From Geosiphon pyriformis uo1 (taxonomy: Eukaryota > Fungi > Glomeromycota): a DNA stretch of 64,000 bases. The stretch's first letter is position 1. Each line of letters starts with the position of its first letter. Location: the NCBI GenBank assembly GCA_016748015.1, contig JAAOMT010000703.1, positions 804,255 to 868,254 on the forward strand, written 5' to 3'. Shown here in pieces: positions 54,901-64,000 of this stretch. The notes beneath the pieces are model-generated. The model was not told where the DNA came from. It ran no database searches and worked only from the letters and a program-made list of their open reading frames with translations. Position numbers and translations under genes: made by a program.

Positions 54901-56960
54901 AATATTTTTATTTATTATAACAATACAATTCTTAATGTTTGTTCAAATATATTAGTTGTGATAATAAATAATTTGTCATGGTCTGAATAGATTAATATTA
55001 AAACTTGAATTGGTTTTTTTTTTAGCATATTAAAAACTTCTTGTTGTTTTTTTGTTTAATTATATATGATATTTTTTGCTTAAAACTAATAAAATGGCTG
55101 TGCTATTTTTGAAAAATATTAAATAAAGTGGCAGTAGTATTTAGTAAATTCCAAAAATATCTTTAGTTCTATTAAGTTTATTGGTATTAAACAGTTTTTA
55201 ATTTGTTTGATTTTGTTTGAATCTGTTTTAATTTTATCTTGCTTATAACATATTTCAAAAACTTAAGTTTTGTTTTTTCAAAAAAGTATTTAATAATATT
55301 TAATTTTAATTTAGCTTTTTTTAATCTTTAAAACACTTATTAAAGATAGTAAAGATAATTGTTAAATGTTTTTGAAAATATATTAGTGTTATTTAAATAT
55401 ATTATTATTGATTTTTATAATAAACAATTTTCATTAATTATTAAAAAAAATTGGTATATTAGTTAAGCCAAAAGACATAATATTAAATTTAAAGTTTTTT
55501 TTTTGTAATAAATACTGTCTTTTTTTTGTAAGCTAGATTTATGGCTATTTGTCAATAATTACTATCCAAGTTCATATTAAAAACTATTTTTTTTATTAAA
55601 TACATTAAACAATTTTTAAATACATAAAGTTAAATAGTTATTATTCTAAATAATATTGTTAAGCTTTTTGTAATCTACACAAAACTGGATTTTTCAATTT
55701 TTTTTAATTAGTACTACTAATAATAACTATGAGCTTATAAATAGTTAAATTAGACTATTTTTTAACATTTAATTGATTTTTTGACAAATAATTTTATGGT
55801 TAGTAGATAGTATTTAATATGTTTTCTGTTTAATTAGTATTGTATCTTTTATTTTTATTTGATGCTAGATAATATTAATTTTTTCAAATTTATTTTTATT
55901 TGTAAAGTTAATAAGTAATAGTTTAATCTGTATATATTAAAGTAAGTTCAATTTATTTGCTTTAATTGTTTTATTTATAGTAAATAATATTTTTGTCTTT
56001 TATAAATAACTTACAATATAATATTTATGTATTTACAAAGTTGTAAAAAGTCTGAAACAATAATTGATAATTAATTTTTAAATATAGTATTTATGTATTT
56101 AATAATTGTTTTAACTAGTAATTCTATAAGATTTCTTATTGTATTGTAAATTAGAATTCTAATATATTTGTAGTTTTTAGTTAGTAAAAACAGATTAGTA
56201 ATATTAATTTTTTCAGATTTATAAATAATTAATTTTATTTCAAAAATTTGTAATTAATTTTTAATTTTTTTGGCTATTTTTATTATATATTAATTATATA
56301 GTAAAATAAAAATTAATTGACTAATAAAAATAATTTTTTTCTGATTAATTGTTTTTTTTCTATTATATTTACTAATATATTATTTTTTTTAATTAATTTG
56401 AACTTATTAATTTTTTTTATTGTTATTCTTAACTTTTTTTGTTTCTACTAATATTAATCAAGCTATTTTAATTAAAAATAGAAATATTATCTGTGCTATC
56501 TTTTTATTTAGCTTAATAATATATGTTTTTTTTTTTTTATTTAATAGTATTGCAATAATATTTTTTATATATTTTGTATTAATTATTTTTTTTTTGATAT
56601 TGATTTTTTTTTTGCTAAGTAAAATTTAAATATTAATTAAACTATTATTGTTGTTATATTATTTTTAAATTTATACAAGTACATAAGTTGAGTTTTAATA
56701 TAATAATATTTTTTCTTAAGTATTTGAAATCAAAATCTGTATTTGTATTATGTGCATATTTTAATATAATACTTTTATTACTATTGCTAAATTACTTAAG
56801 TTTTTGTTTTACTAAAAGATCTAAAAGTATAATATATTATTTGAAGTTTAAATTAGCATTTAATTAATTGCTATTATTGATAAAGTTGGAACTATTGTTG
56901 TCATTATTATTAAAGTTTAAATCAAAATTGATTTTCAATTCTGATTTTTATGTTTATTTT
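51930..56960 (-). mobile_element. Extremely AT-eroded second copy of the Gypsy family (3' LTR ~51930-52570, integrase tail, IN, RH, RT, dUTPase)
   Basis: 53400-53530 is the reverse complement of 40640-40780 with most C/G replaced by T/A. 56720-56760 reads ...AHNTNTDFDF, the eroded dUTPase motif 1. Confidence 0.85.
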
Positions 56961-56963
56961 TTG

Positions 56964-59900
56964 TAGAGTTTCAATATTTGGTTTAGTTTGGTTTAAGTTT
57001 AATTGAACTATTAAACTAAGCTGAATTCAAACAGAAAATTTGGCAAAATTTTGAACTTAAACTTGAATTAAACTTAAAATTATTGAACTTGAATTGAATC
57101 TAAATACATACAACAAGTTTGGTTTAAGTTTAGTTCAAAGTTTATAAACATGTTCAAATTCAACTATTAAAAATATTATATTATACTATATTATTATTTA
57201 ATTTTTTTTTCAATAATTTTTACATTTATAATCAAAGATACTATACTGCTCTTATAGTTTTAAACACTAAACAAGACTTCATATCTGTAATTATATTCTC
57301 ATTTACAGAAAAAATGTATTCAGAAACAACAAATAATTCTTAAATTGTCAAATAATTACAAACTATATATACAAGATAAAAAAATTGTATTTAATGTGTT
57401 TAAATATTAAATTATTAATAAAATGTTAATTTAAATAAATATTTTTTGTAATATACTTTTCATCAAGCTATTACATCTATTTTCCTATTGATCACTTTTT
57501 TAGAAATATAATAATCAATTTATTAAGTTTTTTTTTCTTATTATTATTAAAGTTTGTTTCTAATATAGATTGTATAATTAATATTATAGTATTATTAAAA
57601 TTGTCATTCAACAAAAAACTGTTATTTAATATTGGTATAATATTCAATGTGTACTTTATTTCAAAAAAAGTATGTATTTTAAAGATTTATTTATTGTGTA
57701 AGAATTGAAAAATAAAATCATTTAAATAAATTAACAACTTATAATTTTTTCATTTTATTAATATTATTATTTAAAAATTCTCTCTTTGTAAAATAATAGA
57801 ATTTTTTTTTGGATCTAATGCAATGCAAAATATTATAGTTGTATTTGTTTTAGAATAATATTTAATCAACTTTCTTTTTGCTGTTCTAGTTACTGTAATA
57901 AGTAATAGATCTAATATTAAATATGTTAAATAAATAATTAAATAAATAAATACAATTAAAATTATAATACTTTACCAAATTCATTATTATTAACTGTGTT
58001 TTTAATATGATTAAAAATAATATTAAAGAGAAAAATAATTGAAAAGGTAGTATTATTTGAACTAGCTAATATTTTGACTATAATATTCTTAAATAATTTA
58101 AGGAATTTAGCAATTTTATTGAAAACAGCCCATTAATTGTATAAAATAACATATTAATAGAGGTCAATATAAATGCTAGTAAGGGTATTTAATGTTTATA
58201 AATTTATAATTAAAATATTTGTATTTAAAATATATAAAATTAAAAATAAACAACTTGTTAATTTAAGAGATAACTTATTTCTAATTATGTCATAAGTAAA
58301 ATTCTACCAGGTAAAACAATCCAAAATAGGTTTATAGTATTTAATTTGACATGTATTACAGACATATTCAAAGAGCTTAAAACATTAAAGCAAAATATAG
58401 ATTGCAAAGTTAAGTTTCCTAATTTTTAATTTATATAAAGTTTATATTAAGAAAATTTCAAGTAAATATATTTGGTTTGGGTTTTTAACAAATACTTTGA
58501 AAACATTATCTTTTATTTTATTTAGAGCCACTTGTATTGTCAAGTTTAAAATATAATTAAAGCATTAAAATTAAAAATCTTTCAAATTCTATTAAATGTT
58601 TTTTTTTTCTAAATTTTTTCACTAACTCTTTTATAAAAGTACTATTATTTTCAATATTATTAAGAGTAATAACAAGAAACTGCTAAAAAAAAGTTGGTTA
58701 TAACTAATAAAATTAATAATAAACTCACATAAAAAAAAAGTAAGTATAACTCTTTCTTAAACTTCTTTCTTAATCTTTTTGGCTGAAAATTTAGCTTAAG
58801 ACAATAATAAAAACCACTTAAGCTAATATTAAAAATATGTGGTTTTTAATAATATGAGCACTATGATAATTCTGAGTCTTAGATAATGTTAATGCCAAAA
58901 ATTCAGCTCTAAAACAATAATAAAAACCAACTTAAATCAATATTGAGAAAATATAATTTTTGATAATATGAGCATTGTGATAACTCTAAGTCTTAAATGA
59001 TACTAATGCCAAAAATTCAGCTCTGAGACAATAATAAAAACCAACTTAAGCCAACATTAAAAAAATGTAATTTTTAATAATATGAACACTATGATAACTC
59101 TAAATCTTAGATAATACTAATATACTGCATAGTATGTCAATCTTATTATTGGCTATTAACTAATCCAAATTCATACAAAAATATATATACATATTTTTGA
59201 TGTAATTCTATAATCTTTTAATATTTTAAAAAATTTATTTGCAATATTTATTTCATCATATTATTTATTCATTAATCCAAAATTAATTATTGTTTGTTAA
59301 AAGTCCTAATTGTCATTAATATAATGAACAGTAACAAAGACAAAGACTTTGTTATTAAAAGATGTTTAGAGATTTAATGTAAAAAAATTTTGGATTTAAT
59401 AATACTTAAGTATATCTATTATACAGTATTATAAATATAAGTAAAAAAAAAGACATTTCATAATAAAAGTAATACTTACTTTTAATTTTTATTTATCCAA
59501 AACATAGAGTTCTATGACTTTATTCTTAATTATATTAGCACAAACAGATTAAGAAGTAGGATTTAAATATTAGAATATTTTAATTAATTCAAAATTTTTT
59601 ACTATAAAAAATAGTTATTGGTAATTGATAAGCCAAATAGTAATTATATTATAAAGTTTTTTATTATCAATATTAATAACAGTTATTACAGAAGACTAGA
59701 GCAGTTTTCTAATTAGATTGGCCAAAAATCATTAAAAAAAAAGCAATATCATTTGTTAAAACATTTTTTTAATTGATTTGCAATTTTTTGTTTTTTTTAT
59801 AATATTATTCTATTGTAACATATACTATTTGATAGAAAGTTTCTAAATAGTACCATAAAAGTTTAATAGTATTTATAGTTTTACAAAAAAATAGTTTATG

Positions 59901-60500
59901 CACATATTTTGAAACTGTATATTTAACTGTTTTTTTTTATTTATTTAAACTTATCAAAATAGTTTTATACTTTATTTTGAAAACTATATTTATTAAATAT
60001 ATTAATATTTGGACTATTTAGATTATCAAATTCTATTATTTTGGATTTTAAATCTTTGGTAATATTAGATAATACTGTTACTAATAGAATTTTAGCCATT
60101 AAATTATCATGAAATTATCATTATAATTTCTATTATTAATTAGTATATATTAATATCATTTTGATTATTACTTATTATATTAATCAAATTATTGAATATC
60201 ACTATTTAATTAATAATCTGATTTGTATAATAAAAATTAAGATGATCAAATTACACAATAATTTAAACTCTATAATATTCAAAAATTCATAAAATATTTT
60301 AATAGTTTACTGAAATTAATAATAGTTTACAAAAACAACTTGTAATTTATTAAAATATATTTTTAGTTTGTCAAAATAATAACAAAAAAAAATTCAAGTT
60401 TATATATTAATATTACATCAAGTTATATAAAAAAAGCACTTTTTTTTTCAAAAAAATGTATTTTATTCAAAATTATCTTACTTTTAATATATTTTTATTA
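56964..60500 (-). mobile_element. Eroded hAT DNA transposon
   Basis: Subterminal ggtttagtttgg/aacttgaa repeats at 56964-57170. Minus-strand motifs NYLTI*ELFVVSEYIFS (dimerisation domain, ~57290-57365), PILDCFTW*NFTYDII (~58300), CFNYILNL (~58550), ITLNN (~58660). Right boundary approximate. Confidence 0.7.
58786..59120. repeat. Tandem repeat, ~114-bp unit x3
   Basis: Units start at ~58786, 58897 and 59011 (aaaattcagctc...acaataataaaaacc...gagcactatgataactct...); differences are mainly transitions. Confidence 0.8.
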
Positions 60501-60532
60501 TTATCATTTAAATAAAAACATACTTTAAATAT

Positions 60533-60692
60533 TGCTACTTATAGAAATTAGGAATTATAATAATAAGTAAAATAGCCAATTAGAAATAGATATAATAAAA
60601 TGAAGAATTCCAAAATTCCAAAATTCCAAAATTTTTTTCAAAAAATTGCAGAATTTTCAAGAATTTTATATAATACAAATTATATATATATA
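60533..60692 (+). mobile_element. LTR 5' fragment (U3) truncated by a pogo insertion at its TA run
   Basis: tgctacttatag..., gccaat, aattccaa repeats, tatatatata. Confidence 0.6.
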
Positions 60693-60999
60693 CAGTGAAC
60701 TTTCTCTATAATCTCTTTGGTTATAGTTATTATCTTCTTATAATTACATTTTTTTAAAAACCAAAACCATTTATATATAATATTATCTCCTTATAGTCAC
60801 TTTTACTATATATATCTTCTTATAGTCCCTATTCCCACAAATATGATAGCAGAATATAAATAATTTCCACTTTCTATAGTTACACTATAATTATATGATA
60901 TTAGATATGAACATTAAATGTCATCTTATATTTAATTGGACATGTACAGTCAGAGAGATTTCCTGATTTGTCAATAGAAATCATTCTTTTTATGATAGT

Positions 61000-63050
61000 A
61001 AAAAAAATTAGAGAAGTTTCTGGAAACAATTCTAGAACACTAAACAAAATTTCTGAAATATTACAACATTCAATTACTCTTCTTCTTTATAAGCCACCAC
61101 CACCATCAAAAGACAATAACAGAACTATTATATCTGGCTTGTTGTTTACAGGTATTATAAGAGTTTTAATAATAATTGACATATGATATAGTACTGTTGC
61201 TCTTGGTGCTTTGAAGACTGGTGGTGCTTTAAAGGCTGGTAGTGCTTTGGAGGCTGTTGCTGTAGATATTAATGAAGTTACTCTGGATCAAACTTTGGCT
61301 AACAAGATTACTTTTTCTCCATATTGGAAGAAGGAATTAACAGACCTACAAGCAAGAATAATGGCCCAATGAAATCCTCCAAGAACAAATTTGTTAATGG
61401 GACATTGCTCAAACAAATCAACTGGAAACAAAGTTCGAATTTACCTTTCCTTAGGAAAAAAATGTGACCAGTAATAAAATTCAGAGCATAAGAATTCTGA
61501 TATATACCCAATAAATACATTTTTACACCAACTTTGGCATTCACAATTAAAAAAAGGCTCCATACTAGCAATCATATTCATTATTCAACTAATATTTAGT
61601 ATTAGCGAGCAAAAGTTTGACTGATAGTTTTAAAGATGTATTAAAAATTAACTTTTTTGGGGCAAATAAATCTGTGTTGAATGCTTTTCATAATCCAAAC
61701 ATAATTACACAGAATAGAAATTCGGATCTAAACTCAACATATCATGTTTTAAAAATACCAATTATAAATGATAATACACCCAACTTAAGGTAAACAAAAC
61801 TGTATACAATACAATATATTTCTAACTTCTTGAAGAATATTTATTAGGCTGTTACACAATTAACTTGATAAGCTTCGAAAACATAATCACTTAAAAGAGG
61901 TATTAGAGAGTTAATAATAGATAATAGTTGTAATTTTATTAACAAATTTATATTTTTTGATGATCTGCTTCTTTACTTGTTATTGGAATTGGTTTCCAAG
62001 TACTTAACAATGTTTTCTTAATTCGCCTTGCTTTAAGAAAATTTATTCTTTTCATCCATGCAATTTTACTAAATTTTTTCATTTTTTCACTTAATATCTA
62101 TTCATGGCCAATATTATAAAAAACATGATTAGAAACATTTGGATTTACAAACTGTGTCTTTCTTATCTGAACTCAAAATTGATTTAATTCAGCAATAAAG
62201 CTAGGATGTATATGAGACCTGTATATTTCACTTTTAGAATATCCAATGACATTAAAGAGATTAATACACAATCTTTCAAATTTGATACAGTTATGTGCTG
62301 CAATTTCCCAATACCATTGTGAAGATGTAGAAGAAATCAATGATTTGAGCATTTTGTTAATTTTTTCAAGTATTGTATCATGGCCTTGATATTAATTTGA
62401 AAGTTTAGATCAAGAAATTACAATTTTTTTTTGAATCAGCTTGCAAACTTCAGGCTTCAATCAGTCATTGTTTTTTATTAGCAATTTCAATTAATTGGTA
62501 AATAGGATGGCACTGAGCAGACCAAATTGGTGCAAACATTTGTCTAGCCATAAGTTTTAATAAAGACCTATTGAAACAAACTTCAGTATGAAAGTTAATA
62601 ATTGCTTGTAAATAAAAAAAAACTTGTTTATACTTTAACTTAAATGTGAGATCTGTTTCATTTTGGGCCTATTCTAAGTAATCTTTAACAGATGGATTTT
62701 TCTTAAAAACAACATATGGCCACATTAATTTGGAAGCTATTGCATGCCTATATATATTACATATTGAATCCTATAACTTATGATGATTAGAACATTTTTT
62801 AAAAAACTGCAGTTGACTTTTACTCCAATATTTCTGACATTGTGCAAAGTATTTTATATTAATATTCCAATTAATATAGCCATTGCTGTATTTGGAGGGC
62901 TTGACAACATAATATTGTGCTATCTTCTATGCAATTATACAAGTATGTAGAGAATCAAATTAACAGTCTTTATTATTGATCATCAGTTGAAAGTAAGAGG
63001 CAAAAAGTGTCGTAGATGCATTATTGAAATTAGGTTTCTTTTTACTGAGA
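61000..63050 (-). pseudogene. Decayed unrelated gene inside the pogo element
   Basis: Long, mostly open minus-strand frame: NWNINIKYFAQCQ..FFKKCSNHHK..DSICNIYRHA, QMFAPIWSAQCHPIYQLIE, YQGHDTILEKINKMLKSL; Pro/Ala repeat (PAFKAPPVFKAP) at ~61200-61260. Confidence 0.5.
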
Positions 63051-63256
63051 ATCTGTTATTTGTACTTAAAATCTTACAGTTGAATTAAAACCTTCATTTT
63101 TATAATTTGGCCACTTTTTATAATCTGAGGCACCTCATATGACATGAGACATCTCATATGTCCAATTAGATATAAGGCAAAATAATGTTTAAGACATAAC
63201 AGATTCATCAATGCATTATAAAAGCAAAATGCAATAAAAAGTGTATTCTTATTAAC

Positions 63257-64000
63257 ATGTTAAAAAACACAAACCAAAAGCAAGCAGCAATTTTTTTGGA
63301 GACTAAAAAGGCTCTTTGCCAGTACAAATTAGAACATCCTAACTACTCAGCAAATAGACTTATCAAAATATTTAATCTAAAAATTGACTGCTCTACTGTA
63401 ACAAAGATACTTGCAAAATTAGACCGATGGATTGAAAAGAATATATCTAACAACTCTGGTCAATTGACAAAGGACAAAAAAGAGATGTTTCCAAAGATAA
63501 ATGATGCATTGGGAAAATGGATGCTCAGAGCACTAACTACTAACTGTATTCTTATTGGAAAAATTTTACAAACAAAAGTCCTCAAGTTTGCTGAAAAGTT
63601 TCCAAAAGAAAATAACTTTAAAGCATCAGATAGTTGGTTAAAAAAGTTCAAGAAATGTCATAATTTGCACCACATTAAGATGCATGGCAAAGCAAACAGT
63701 GCTCTCTTGGAAATTTTACCAGAGAAACGAAAAAAACTGTGTGAGATTATCAGCAAATATGATTTAAATAATGTTTACAATGCCGATAAGACAGCATTAT
63801 TCTTTAGAATGCCACCAAATACAACTTTGGCAACAAGATCTACCTCTGGCACCAAGCATAATAAGAGTTGAATTACCATACTTCTTACTTGTAATGCAAC
63901 AGGCAACATCAAGTTGCAGCTTTTAATTATCGGCAAAGCTGCAAAGCCACAATGTTTTTACAATATTAATATGAATGCACTTCCAATTACTTATCATTAC
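63257..64000 (+). pseudogene. pogo/Tigger transposase (HTH_psq, HTH_Tnp_Tc5, DDE_1); in-frame stop at 63869-63871
   Basis: STVTKIL, FPKINDALGKW, FKASDSWLKKFKK, YNADKTALFFRMPP, ITILLTCNATG. Confidence 0.88.

Larger units (their letters stand above)
60693..64000 (+). mobile_element. pogo/Tigger-like DNA transposon (left TIR TA|CAGTGAAC); runs off the window
   Basis: TA target followed by a CAGT terminus; downstream CENP-B/DDE transposase. Confidence 0.65.

Noticed and set aside
58786-59120. CRISPR-like array
   Set aside because: Contiguous tandem units without unique spacers, no cas genes, eukaryotic context.

Overview
Eukaryotic fungal genomic DNA. Short GT-AG introns, AROM and the TE families point to an early-diverging, probably Glomeromycotina/Mucoromycota, genome (inference). 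A compact ~21-kb gene island (8188-28981) carries OMA1, ARO1, a BRF2-like TFIIB-family gene, a peroxisomal ABCD half-transporter, HRD1, a small complex I subunit gene (NDUFS5-like, absent from the ORF track, with its ATG split by an intron) and an ENV7/STK16 kinase. A decayed IS607 element (TnpA serine recombinase overlapping a Fanzor2/TnpB nuclease) lies between the divergent ARO1 and BRF2-like genes. Both flanks are nested transposon graveyards: RNase H-bearing LINEs, a 10.2-kb Ty3/Gypsy element with extra domains (Cys-rich region, dUTPase, long integrase tail), solo LTRs, hAT and pogo relics. These grade into extreme AT deserts. Hand alignment of the twin LTRs gives about 80 C>T/G>A transitions against 1 transversion, suggesting a RIP-like, repeat-targeted cytosine hypermutation process outside Dikarya. 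All alignments and counts were done by eye and are approximate.
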